From assembly GCA_963779755.1 (NCBI GenBank), contig CAVZZO010000001.1:1945650-2009649 (forward strand): 64,000 nucleotides of DNA, in the 5' to 3' direction. The notes under the pieces were generated by a model. The model saw nothing but the letters and a program-made list of their open reading frames with translations. It made no database searches and had not been told where the DNA came from. How positions within the stretch are numbered: position 1 is the first letter of the stretch; each line of letters opens with the position of its first letter. Below, piece by piece: positions 44,901-53,390 of this stretch. Both the position numbers and the translations under genes were made by a program. The DNA is from an uncultured Gemmatimonadales bacterium. GTDB taxonomy: Bacteria > Gemmatimonadota > Gemmatimonadetes > Gemmatimonadales > GWC2-71-9.

Positions 44901-47900
44901 CGATGGTGGCGAGCAGAATAGGCCAGTCACCGGAAAGGCCGGCGGTCCACAGCAGCGGCTGGGAGCCGCGGTTGCGGCGCAACTCCGACTGCGGCGGACG
45001 CAGGCCCGGGTTGCCGTAGAACAGGTCTCCGGCAAGTTCCTGGAACACGGCGGCATCGGCCGGTGTGAGCCCGAGCTCCCGCAGTTCGACCTGATTCGAG
45101 GTCCAGGCCAGATCCAGGGCGCGCTGGGCTGCGTGGGGATCATGGTAACGGTCCGCCAGCTCGAAGGCCCGCTCGGGGCTGGTGGCGACCAGCGTGGTAA
45201 AGGCCACGGACGCCGACTGCCCCGGCGCGAGCCGGACCCGGGTGCGCAGCGCGAAGACGGGATCCAGGACCGCCCCGGTGGTCCCCGAGAGCGGCCCCTC
45301 GCCCTCCAGGGCGGCCGGGTCCCGGGGCGTGCGGCCCCGGCCGAGGAAGCGGGCCCGGTCGGTTTCGCAGGTCACCGGCCCGACCCGTTCCTTGCCGCTA
45401 TCCATCACATGGACGCACCAGAGCTGCCGCTCCTCTGCCGACCGCGGCCGGCGGGTGGCGGTGATCGCGCTACACCACTCGTGCCATTCCGTCTCGACGA
45501 ACAGATTGCTGAAGGCCGGATGGGCACGGTCCGCAGTCGGCGGAGCGAGGACGATCTCCCCGTAGCTGGTGAGCTCGACCTCGCGGTCATCGTCGGCGTG
45601 GTTGGTCAGGATCACCCGCCGGACTTCGGCCGAGTCCTCCGGGACCGCGACGACCTCGGTCCGGGTCTCGATGGCATCGTCCAGGCGGTGGAAGGTCACG
45701 CGATCGGTGGCCAGATGGGCGTGATACCAGTCGGCCGCCGCGGCCACGGGCTGGTGCGCCGCCGACCAGACCCGCCCGGTCGACACATCCTTGAGGTAAC
45801 AGAACTGCCCGGTGGCGTCGCAGGACCCGTCGGCCCGCCAGCGGGTCACGGCGAGGCCCTCGTAGCGGGAGTACCCGCCGCCGCAGTGGCTCAGCATCAC
45901 GGTGTAGGGCAGGTAGCCCAGCAGCGCGACATGCGGCTCGGGCGTATCGGGCGTCTCGAACTGGCGCACCACAGGCTCCTCTCCTTCCCCCTCATGCCGC
46001 ATTGGGTCGGGCCGGCCGCCGTCGCGCTCCTGCAGCACCAGCCGGCGCGGGATGCGTTCGTGCAGCAACAGTTCCGCCGAGCGCACCAGCGGATCCGCGT
46101 GAAAGCGGCGCTGCCAGACCCGCGAGGCCAGCAGGTTCGTGAGCGCGACCAGCCCCATCCCGATATGATGGGCCATGTAGGTATCAACCAGGGCATAGCG
46201 CCGGTCCGGATCGGGGCGGGTATAGTCCAGCGCGTCCCGGAACCCGTACGGACCGAGGGCCCCCTTGCTTTCCAGCAACTGGAGGTTCGCCAGGGCGGCC
46301 TGCGGGTCGATCAGGGTGGCGAGGATGCTGGCATAGGGCGCGACCACCAGTTCCCGTCCCAGGCCGCGCTTGAGGGCGAGGTCGGGCACCCCGAAGGCCC
46401 GGTACTGGTACGTATGGTGCCGGTCGCGCACGTTGTAGGCGCTCTCGCTCACGCCCCAGGGGACACCGCGCGACGCGCCGTAGGCCATCTGCCGGGCCAC
46501 CACCCCCCGGTACGTCTGCGCCAGCAGGGTGAACGGGAACGACTGCATGACGAGCAGGGGCATCAGGTATTCGAACATGCTCCCGCTCCACGATACCAGC
46601 GCCGGGGTTCCCGCGGCGTAGGTCATCGTGCGGCCCAGGCGGAACCAGTGTTCCACCGGTACATCGTTCTTGGCCACGGCCAGGAAGCTGGCCAGGCGCG
46701 CCTCCGAGGCAAGGAGATCGTACGACGATGCGTCCAGGGCGTGCGTGTCCTGGTGGAAGCCGGTCGCGAAGAGCTTGTGCTTGCCCTCGAACAGGAAGCG
46801 GAAATCGGTCTCCAGGGCGTAGGCGTAGGCCCGCTCGGCCAGGGCTTCGAGCCGGGCCGCCAGGTCTGCCGCGGCCGGCGAGCGCACCGCCAGTTTGCGC
46901 AGGGTAGCCGGGGAATCCGTCCCGAGGCCGTCGGTCAGGGCGGGCTGCCCGGCGATGCGCTGCAGGCTCCACTCGATCCATTCCGACGCCTGGTCGCGTT
47001 CGGCCCCGGGGAGCCCCGCGCGGGCGATCGCGTCCTGCGCCTGCGCCAGGGGGCCGGCCACGCCGGCGAGGGCCGCCGCCGAAACGGGCCCCCGGGCCGA
47101 GGCGGCCAGCGCGTCGCGCGCTGCGCGGAGATGCTCGTCGGCGCCGTTCGCCGATGCGGGAGAAGGCAGCCGGTCGCCGGCCAGGTCCAGCGCGGCCTCC
47201 AGCGCGAGCCAGGGCGCGCGGGTGAGCACCGGCTGATCCATCAGCGCGAGGCATGCCTGGCGCAGGGCGACCAGGTGGCCGGCGAGATTGCCGCTGTCCA
47301 CGGTGGACACGTAGGCCGGCTCCAGCACGCTCAGGTCCCGCAGGTCGTACCAGTTGTAGAAGTGCCCCCGGAAGCGGCGCATCCGCTCCAGGGAACGGAA
47401 CGCCAGCTCCAGGCGCCGGACCATCTCGCCCAGAGTCAGGAAGCCCAGGTCGGCGGCGCTGACGGTCGCCAGCAATTGCAGGCCGATGTTGGTGGGCGAA
47501 GTGCGCAGCGCCACGACCGGGTCGGGGCTCTCCTGGAAGTTGTCCGGAGCGAGCCAGTTGCTCCCGGCGTTGACGAAGCGGTCGAAAAAGCGCCAGTGCA
47601 GCAGGGCATAGCGCAGCGCCCGGCTCTGCAGACCCTGGCCCAGGCGGCGGCGCCGGGTGACGGCCGGCGCGCTCAGCACCTGCGCCACCGCCGGGGCGAT
47701 CATCCATGCCAGCATCAGCGGCAGCACGGCGACCGCGACCTCCCAGGCCGGTGTGCCCGTGCCCGCGGGCCGGGCGCTCAGGCGCCACAGGAACCCCAGC
47801 AGCACCAGGCCCGCCACCGCCACCGCCGGTCCCATCGCCCGCCAGGCGGCGGCGCCCGAGTCCGGCAGGCCCTGCTCGATATGGGACGCCGTCTGCCATT

Positions 47901-50595
47901 CGAGCAGATGGCGCCGGGTGACGAACATCCGCCAGAGGGTCCGGACGATCGCGTCCGTGGACACCCAGGCCTGATGGGGAAGGAAGATGATCGCGAGCGC
48001 CAGTTGCCGGGCCGCGGTTTCGGTATCGCGCCCTACCGCCGCGTAGTAGGCGCGCCACGACTTGTCGAGCGATGGGCGGAGCAGCGCGAGCGAGAGGGAA
48101 ACGATCCAGGGGGCGGCCACGGCCCCCAGGCCCAGCAGTGTCCAGCGCAGCGGCGAGCCCGGCAGGAAGAGCCAGCCCGCAACCAGAAAGGCGAACTGCG
48201 CCAATTCCACCGTGCTGCGCCGCAGGTTGTCCAGGATCTTCCAGCGGGAGAGGAAGGAGAGCCGGTTGGGTTCCGGGCCGTTCGGCCCCGGCACCCGGGC
48301 AGTGAGCCACGGCAGCAGTTGCCAGTCTCCCCGGATCCACCGGTGCTTGCGGCGGCTGAACGTCAGATACCGGCGGGGATAGTCGTCATACACGACCACA
48401 TCGGTGGCCAGGCCGGCGCGGGCGTAGCTGCCCTCGATCAGATCGTGGGAGAGCAGCGCGTTCTCCGGGAAGCGACCCTGCGTGGCCCGGTGGAACGCCT
48501 CGAGATCGTAGATCCCCTTGCCGGTGAAGCTGCCCTCGCCGTAGAGGTCCTGGTACACGTCGGAAACGGCGGTGGTGTAGGGATCGACGCCGGGATGCCC
48601 CGAGTGAATGTCGGCGAAGCGCGACCGATGCGCGCTCGGCAGGGAGACCCCGACGCGCGGCTGCAGGATCCCGTAGCCGCGCACCACGCGCCCCTGCGCC
48701 GGGTCGTACCACGCGCGATTGAGCGGGTGGGCCAGGGTCCCCACCAGAAGCGGCGCGGCATCCGGCGGGAGGACGGTGTCGGAATCGAGGGTGACGACAT
48801 ATCGCACCTGCCGCAGCGGATCCGGGTCGCCCACCACCAGGGTGAACCCGCCGGCCTCCCCGGTCATGATGAAGCGGTTGAACTCGGTGAGCTTGCCCCG
48901 CTTGCGCTCCCATCCCATCCAGACACCCTCACCGGGATTCCAGCGCCGGGGCCGGTGGAAGAGATAGAAAGCATCCTGCCCATCCACCGCGTAGCGCGCG
49001 TTGAGGGCCCGCACCCCGTCGGCCGCCGCGGCGATGATCTCCGCGTCGCCGGCCCGGGTCTCCTCCGGAGCGTCGGTCAGGTCGCTCAGGATGGCGAAAT
49101 GGAGATGCGCCTCCCGGTTGGCCAGGAACTGCACTTCCAGATTCTCCAGTGCCTCGTGCACCGCACCCGGACTCTCGAAGAGAGTGGGGATGACCACCAC
49201 CGTCCGGAACTCGGGCGGCACGCCGTGCTCATGAAGATCGAGCTTGGGCAGCGTCCGGGGCGGCAGGAATACCGTGATCAGCTGGTTCACCACCGTCAGG
49301 GCGATGTCGGCGGCGGGCAGAAGCCCGAGGAGCACGACGGCGAGCCACTCGGAGCGGGCGGCCGGGCCCCCCAGCCACAGCAGGAGGGCGAGCGCCGCCG
49401 CCGTTGCCGACAGCACACTGCCCCCGAAAACCATATTGGGATGCCGCCGGGCCCACCGGTCCGCTGCCTCCGCCGCCGGAGGGCGGTACCCCAGGTCCCG
49501 CTCCAGCCGGGCCACGCCGACGTCGATCAGGTAGTAACCGACATGCGTGCGCCGCGGGTCGCCTCCGTCCCCTTCCGCCGCCCCGCGCGCGTAGTCGATG
49601 GCCCGGCGCGCCACCGCCTCCTGCGGCAGGCCCGTCCGCTTGGCGATACGCTCCACCACATGCCGGTACCGGTCGCGGGTGGCGAACGTCATGCGCCCAT
49701 AGTCACCCGAGGGGTCGGCGCGCAGGATCGCCTCCATGCGGCTCTGCCCCTCCACGAAGGCGCCCCATTCCATGCGGGCGATGGCACGCAGGCTGGTGAT
49801 GCTGTTGGCCATTCCGACCTGGGTCAGGGCCAGGCGCTGGGTCGCGCGGGCGGCGGCCTCCTCTGCGCTCAGGGCCTCGTCCGCGATCCACTGCTCGAGC
49901 CGCTGGACGGCCGGGAGCGCACCGCCCTCAACCCGAAGCTGCTGCAGGAAACGGGAGACGAAGGTGGGGGTGAGGGTCGGGGCGTGGGAGGCGAAGCGGT
50001 ACAGGGCCGCGTCCAGGGTTGCCGCGTCCGCGGCGGCCCCCGCGATGGCGGCTGCCTCGGCGTCGGCCGCCGCCAGCTCGTCCAGCCGTTGCACCGTGCG
50101 GAGGGCCATGCGACGGACATTCTCGATCAGTCCCAGCCGCAGCATGGCGGGGATCGCCCAGAGCTCGCCGACCGACAGGGGGGCAACCTGCTGAAACGCC
50201 GTCACGAACCCGTTCAGGTTTTCGAGATCGATCCGGCCCTCGCTGTGCGAGATCAGCGTAATCGCCAGCTCGTAGATCCGGGGGTAGCCCGCCAGCGGGC
50301 CGGTGGCCAGCTCGGGCAACTCCCGGTAATAGCTGCGGGGCAGACTCTCGTGCACCTCGCCGATATGCTCCAGGACAATGTGGTAGTTGTCCAGCAGCCA
50401 TTCCCCGGCGGGCCCGACATCCCGGCCCCGGTCGGCGGCGGCGGCCAGCCGTGCCTGGGCATCCCGGAGGATGCGGCGGGTGGCTTTGAGGCGCTCCAGG
50501 AGCGGGACCAGTCGCCGGGCGCGCGCGGGCGGCGCCAACCGCTGGCCACGGGCGATGACCTGGGCCCGCTCGGCCAGGTGTTCGGCGCCGAGCAT
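41995..50595 (-). CDS. ndvB: Cyclic beta-1,2-glucan synthase (Cgs/NdvB/ChvB; GT84 plus C-terminal GH94 phosphorylase)
   Basis: 2866 aa; EWLLDN, GELWAIPAMLR, GWERKRGKL, TLDSDT, LLSHDLIEG, RWIRGDWQL, PDNFQE, TSPTNIG, YDLLASEARL, SWSGSMFEY, PWGVSES, YQSGGAYGFRDQLQD, GDWNDGM, GIRENGAQYTH, GGWTWYTGSA. Confidence 0.95.
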   Translation of the reverse strand: MLGAEHLAERAQVIARGQRLAPPARARRLVPLLERLKATRRILRDAQARLAAAADRGRDVGPAGEWLLDNYHIVLEHIGEVHESLPRSYYRELPELATGPLAGYPRIYELAITLISHSEGRIDLENLNGFVTAFQQVAPLSVGELWAIPAMLRLGLIENVRRMALRTVQRLDELAAADAEAAAIAGAAADAATLDAALYRFASHAPTLTPTFVSRFLQQLRVEGGALPAVQRLEQWIADEALSAEEAAARATQRLALTQVGMANSITSLRAIARMEWGAFVEGQSRMEAILRADPSGDYGRMTFATRDRYRHVVERIAKRTGLPQEAVARRAIDYARGAAEGDGGDPRRTHVGYYLIDVGVARLERDLGYRPPAAEAADRWARRHPNMVFGGSVLSATAAALALLLWLGGPAARSEWLAVVLLGLLPAADIALTVVNQLITVFLPPRTLPKLDLHEHGVPPEFRTVVVIPTLFESPGAVHEALENLEVQFLANREAHLHFAILSDLTDAPEETRAGDAEIIAAAADGVRALNARYAVDGQDAFYLFHRPRRWNPGEGVWMGWERKRGKLTEFNRFIMTGEAGGFTLVVGDPDPLRQVRYVVTLDSDTVLPPDAAPLLVGTLAHPLNRAWYDPAQGRVVRGYGILQPRVGVSLPSAHRSRFADIHSGHPGVDPYTTAVSDVYQDLYGEGSFTGKGIYDLEAFHRATQGRFPENALLSHDLIEGSYARAGLATDVVVYDDYPRRYLTFSRRKHRWIRGDWQLLPWLTARVPGPNGPEPNRLSFLSRWKILDNLRRSTVELAQFAFLVAGWLFLPGSPLRWTLLGLGAVAAPWIVSLSLALLRPSLDKSWRAYYAAVGRDTETAARQLALAIIFLPHQAWVSTDAIVRTLWRMFVTRRHLLEWQTASHIEQGLPDSGAAAWRAMGPAVAVAGLVLLGFLWRLSARPAGTGTPAWEVAVAVLPLMLAWMIAPAVAQVLSAPAVTRRRRLGQGLQSRALRYALLHWRFFDRFVNAGSNWLAPDNFQESPDPVVALRTSPTNIGLQLLATVSAADLGFLTLGEMVRRLELAFRSLERMRRFRGHFYNWYDLRDLSVLEPAYVSTVDSGNLAGHLVALRQACLALMDQPVLTRAPWLALEAALDLAGDRLPSPASANGADEHLRAARDALAASARGPVSAAALAGVAGPLAQAQDAIARAGLPGAERDQASEWIEWSLQRIAGQPALTDGLGTDSPATLRKLAVRSPAAADLAARLEALAERAYAYALETDFRFLFEGKHKLFATGFHQDTHALDASSYDLLASEARLASFLAVAKNDVPVEHWFRLGRTMTYAAGTPALVSWSGSMFEYLMPLLVMQSFPFTLLAQTYRGVVARQMAYGASRGVPWGVSESAYNVRDRHHTYQYRAFGVPDLALKRGLGRELVVAPYASILATLIDPQAALANLQLLESKGALGPYGFRDALDYTRPDPDRRYALVDTYMAHHIGMGLVALTNLLASRVWQRRFHADPLVRSAELLLHERIPRRLVLQERDGGRPDPMRHEGEGEEPVVRQFETPDTPEPHVALLGYLPYTVMLSHCGGGYSRYEGLAVTRWRADGSCDATGQFCYLKDVSTGRVWSAAHQPVAAAADWYHAHLATDRVTFHRLDDAIETRTEVVAVPEDSAEVRRVILTNHADDDREVELTSYGEIVLAPPTADRAHPAFSNLFVETEWHEWCSAITATRRPRSAEERQLWCVHVMDSGKERVGPVTCETDRARFLGRGRTPRDPAALEGEGPLSGTTGAVLDPVFALRTRVRLAPGQSASVAFTTLVATSPERAFELADRYHDPHAAQRALDLAWTSNQVELRELGLTPADAAVFQELAGDLFYGNPGLRPPQSELRRNRGSQPLLWTAGLSGDWPILLATIESADGLSTLRQLLAAHRYWRRRGMTVDLVVLNMAASTYHQDLTDRITAAVYAVSDSGSFDRPGGVFVRRRDQLAADALQMLRATARVHISCDGRALGRAVAAATPPDELPADEDESPPSGTRAPERSDLRVANVMRRIGARLLGPLTAPLFSSWSSGTGRRGGAPPPPPANGFGGLTAEGDYEIQVQDGRLPPAPWANVIANPHGGFVVTERGGGFTWAANSQLYRLTPWHNDPVSDQVTEAVYLQDDETGELWSATPGPVRQALPYLVRHSAGTTSFEHEHGGGITTTLMLGMADDAAVKLSILRVTNHDTRPRRLTITTYVEWTLGVLREHTQHQVRTMPDPAQSAILAQNTFDPQFADWVAFHAITEPLAAHTASRLDFLGRNGTVADPAALRAGGRLNAITGAGIDPCAALQCELSLAPGETREIAILLGAAGDETAARQAVAEYRDVARAQAALAGSIAAWAERLSAITVRTPEPTFDAMLNRWTLYQALSCRMWGRSALYQSGGAYGFRDQLQDVMAFVYADPALAREHIVRAAGRQFLEGDVQHWWHPPAGRGIRTRFSDDLVWLPYVVDHYIRTTGDASVLDVPVPFLVMRALEPDEQEVYDVPRTADEEASVYEHCRRALAHACTAGTHGLPLIGAGDWNDGMNRVGVAGRGESVWLAWFLIATLRSFAQHAEARGDAAVAADCRRHAEAYTAAVEAHGWDGAWYRRAYFDDGTPLGSAGNEECQIDSIAQSWSVLSHAGHPDRQAQALGSLEHRLVREDARLIMLLTPPFDTMPQDPGYIKGYLPGIRENGAQYTHAAIWAVLATALRGDADRAFELYQMLNPLTHARTPEEVEIYKVEPYVVAADVYTAEGHLGRGGWTWYTGSASWMYRAGLEGILGFHKRGEMLFLEPRAPAGWREYTIEYRHGRSRYVIVVHNPDGAARGAVELMMDGRPVNGPAILLVDDGERHEVSVRPAMP

Positions 50596-50858
50596 CTCGC
50601 CGGCAATGGGGCCGGCGATCAGATCCTGGCGGGCGTCGGGCCGGCGGGAGAGAAGGCGAGAGAGGAAAGCGGGCGCCTTGAAGGGAGCGTTCGTCGGGGA
50701 CCTCGAGTGAGGGACGCGTGGATCAGGCCGCGGTTGAAACGTAACCCCCGGCGGAAGAACGCAACGCCGGCCCCGCCGTCACCGGCGTGCGAGGCGACCC
50801 CGGCCCGGACGGCGAGGGCCGCGTGAACATCGCTTCAGGAATCCCTCAGGATAGATCC

Positions 50859-50874
50859 ATCAAGAACAGTTGAT
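50859..50874. promoter_or_regulatory. ArsR/SmtB-type operator ATCAA-N6-TTGAT
   Basis: ATCAA GAACAG TTGAT ends 11 nt before the permease ATG. Confidence 0.7.
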
Positions 50875-50885
50875 CTTTCCTCCCT

Positions 50886-51953
50886 ATGGCCAGTTCGCCG
50901 CTTCCCATTCATCACCCGGTTGCCCCTCCGGCCGCTTCCCTGCGAAATCCGTGGTGGGGGGCCGCCGGGGCAATCCTCTGGCTGGCGTTGTACAGCCAGG
51001 CGGCCGCGGTATCTCACTGGGTTACCTATGGTCTCCTGGATCTCGCCGAGGGCGGCCGGGTGGGGGCGTCCGTCGGCTTCTTCCTCTACGAGGTTCCCAA
51101 GGTCCTGCTGCTGCTGGTCGCCGTGGTGTTCGCAGTGGGGGTGCTCCGCAGCTTCGTCACCCCCGAACGCACCCGGCAGATCCTCGCCGGTACCCGGGAA
51201 AGCGCCGGAAACGTCCTTGCCGCCGGTCTCGGCGTGGTCACCCCCTTCTGTTCCTGCTCGGCTGTGCCGCTTTTCCTCGGATTCGTGAAGAGTGGGGTGC
51301 CGCTGGGAGTCACCTTCTCGTTTCTCATCGCCGCTCCCATGGTGAACGAGGTGGCGCTGGTCCTGCTGGCGGGGCTCTTCGGCCCGCGGGTCGCGCTGCT
51401 GTACGTAGGCACCGGGCTGAGCCTTGCGATCATCGCCGGCTGGATTATCGGAAGGCTGCACCTGGAGGGCTGGATCGAGCCATGGGTGACGGCCATGCCG
51501 GCCGTTCAGGCCGGGGGCGGCGTTGCCGGCCCCCGGCGCTGGAGCGAGCGGGTGCAGGCCGGCCGGGAGGCGGTGAGAGAAATCGTGGGGAAGGTGTGGC
51601 CCTGGGTGGTGGCGGGCATCGCCGTCGGCGCGGTGATTCACGGATACGTCCCTACCGGTGCGATGACCAGCCTGCTGGGAGCGGAGCGGTGGTGGTCGGT
51701 CCCCGCGGCCGTGCTGCTTGGCGTGCCGATGTATTCCAATGCCGCCGGGATCATCCCGATCGTGCAGGCGCTGATGGAGAAGGGCGCCCCGCTCGGGTCG
51801 GTGCTCGCCTTCATGATGTCGGTGATCGCCCTGTCGTTCCCCGAGATGCTGATTCTGCGCAAGGTGCTGCAGCCGCGGTTGATCGCTCTCTTCATCGGGA
51901 TCGTGACCGTGGGGATCATTGCGGTGGGCTATCTGTTCAACGCGATCTTCTGA
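50886..51953 (+). CDS. ArsP/DUF318 family permease
   Basis: Motifs TPFCSCSAVP, GVPLGVTFSFLIAAPMVNE, GVPMYSNAAG, AFMMSVIALSFPE; multiple TM segments. Confidence 0.9.
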   Translation: MASSPLPIHHPVAPPAASLRNPWWGAAGAILWLALYSQAAAVSHWVTYGLLDLAEGGRVGASVGFFLYEVPKVLLLLVAVVFAVGVLRSFVTPERTRQILAGTRESAGNVLAAGLGVVTPFCSCSAVPLFLGFVKSGVPLGVTFSFLIAAPMVNEVALVLLAGLFGPRVALLYVGTGLSLAIIAGWIIGRLHLEGWIEPWVTAMPAVQAGGGVAGPRRWSERVQAGREAVREIVGKVWPWVVAGIAVGAVIHGYVPTGAMTSLLGAERWWSVPAAVLLGVPMYSNAAGIIPIVQALMEKGAPLGSVLAFMMSVIALSFPEMLILRKVLQPRLIALFIGIVTVGIIAVGYLFNAIF

Positions 51954-51963
51954 GGGAGGAAGC

Positions 51964-52245
51964 ATGCGAGTGGAGATTCTGGGTACCGGATGCGCCCGTT
52001 GTCACCAGCTCACGCGTAACGTGCAGACCGCGCTAGAGCGGCTCGGCGCCGAGGCCGACGTGCGCCAGGTGGAGGACCCGCAACAGATTCTGGCCTACGG
52101 GGTGATGAGCACGCCGGCGCTGGTGGTCGATGGAGCGGTACGCCTGGCCGGGCGGGTACCGGGGCCGGAAGAACTGCAGCAGTACCTGGCCGGTCCGCCG
52201 GCCCCGGCCGATCTCGCCGTCACCCCGGCCCGGGAAGAGCGGTAG
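51964..52245 (+). CDS. Small thioredoxin-fold redox-active disulfide protein (MTH895/TM0996-like)
   Basis: EILGTGCARC and YGVMSTPALVVDG; GGGAGGA RBS. Confidence 0.9.
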   Translation: MRVEILGTGCARCHQLTRNVQTALERLGAEADVRQVEDPQQILAYGVMSTPALVVDGAVRLAGRVPGPEELQQYLAGPPAPADLAVTPAREER

Positions 52246-53314
52246 GCTCCGAAAGAAAGCGGCGGACCTGGCGTACGATCTTCTCCGCGTCGTCGGCGAC
52301 GCCGCAGAGCAGCCCGGATGCCCGGCTGTTCTGCCACTCACGTCCGACATAGAACAGTCCGGGAACCGGGGATAGGCCGCGATGCTCCAGGAAGCTTCCG
52401 TGGGCACCGGTCGCTCCGGGGATGCTCATCCAGGACGGATCATCCCGATAGCCGATAGCCCAGACCACGGCGTCGAAGGCGGCCGCGCGGCCGCCTGCGA
52501 AGCGCAGCGTGGCGCCGTCGGCATCGATCGTGCGCGGCACCAGGCGCACTCCCCTGCGCCGGAGCGATCCGGGCCGCAGGTGCGCGCCGGGGAAGGGATC
52601 CAGGGCGCGGCTGACGCGGCCGGGGACGGTGGCCTTGTCCGCACGCAGAGCGCCGAGGTGGTCCGCCCACCACAGGTTGTCTCGGCCCAGAATGCGCTGG
52701 GGCAGAATTACCGAGCGCCGGCCCGTGGAGAGCCACGTCTCGTGCGTGGATGCCAGCTCCCGGGCGACATTCCGGCCGGTGGGACCGCCGCCGACTACCA
52801 GGACGCGTCCGGGGGGGACCTGCTCCGGCCGCCGATAACTGGCCGCATCGAACCGGGGCAGTCCGGGTGCGAGGTTCGCGGCAAAGGAGGGGGTGACGGG
52901 TCGTTCGAAGCCGCCGGTCGCGACGATCACCGCAGTGGCTTCGAGGCTGCGTCCCTGGGCGGTGCGCGCCGAGAAACGGCCGCCCTGTCGCTCGAGCGCT
53001 ATCACCGCATCGCCGAGGGCAAGGGGGAGCTCGAAGGTGCGGGCGTAGCGGCCCAGGTAGTCCGCAATCTCGTGGCCGGCGGGATACCCCTCCGGGTCGC
53101 CGGAGAGAGGCAGGCCTGGAAGCGCGCTGTAGGACCGGGGCGAGAAGAGGGTGAGAGAATCGTACCGCCGGCGCCAGGAATCGCCGGAATACGCGTGCCG
53201 TTCCTGGATGTGAAAGGAGAGGCCGTTCGATGCGAGGGCCCGTCCTGCGGCCAGGCCGGCCTGGCCCGCACCGATCACCAGGACGTCCAGCCCGGTTCTG
53301 GAGGACTCCTTCAC
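52220..53314 (-). CDS. Flavin-containing monooxygenase-like oxidoreductase (ArsO/CzcO-like)
   Basis: FAD motif VIGAGQAG, GDSWRRRYDSLTLF, VIVATG, NADP motif VVGGGPTG, VVWAIGY, PGLFYVG. GTG start inferred. Confidence 0.82.
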   Translation of the reverse strand: MKESSRTGLDVLVIGAGQAGLAAGRALASNGLSFHIQERHAYSGDSWRRRYDSLTLFSPRSYSALPGLPLSGDPEGYPAGHEIADYLGRYARTFELPLALGDAVIALERQGGRFSARTAQGRSLEATAVIVATGGFERPVTPSFAANLAPGLPRFDAASYRRPEQVPPGRVLVVGGGPTGRNVARELASTHETWLSTGRRSVILPQRILGRDNLWWADHLGALRADKATVPGRVSRALDPFPGAHLRPGSLRRRGVRLVPRTIDADGATLRFAGGRAAAFDAVVWAIGYRDDPSWMSIPGATGAHGSFLEHRGLSPVPGLFYVGREWQNSRASGLLCGVADDAEKIVRQVRRFLSEPTALPGPG

Positions 53315-53390
53315 CAGCGCACTGCCTCCCCCGATTACGGTTGCGTCGGGGCGGCGCCGGCCGCCCGCCTCTCGCCGGTAAGCTAGTCGC

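Noticed and set aside
42781-50826. 2681-aa ORF on the + strand
   Set aside because: It is the in-register antisense shadow of the glucan synthase, expected at high GC3, and has no recognisable motifs.
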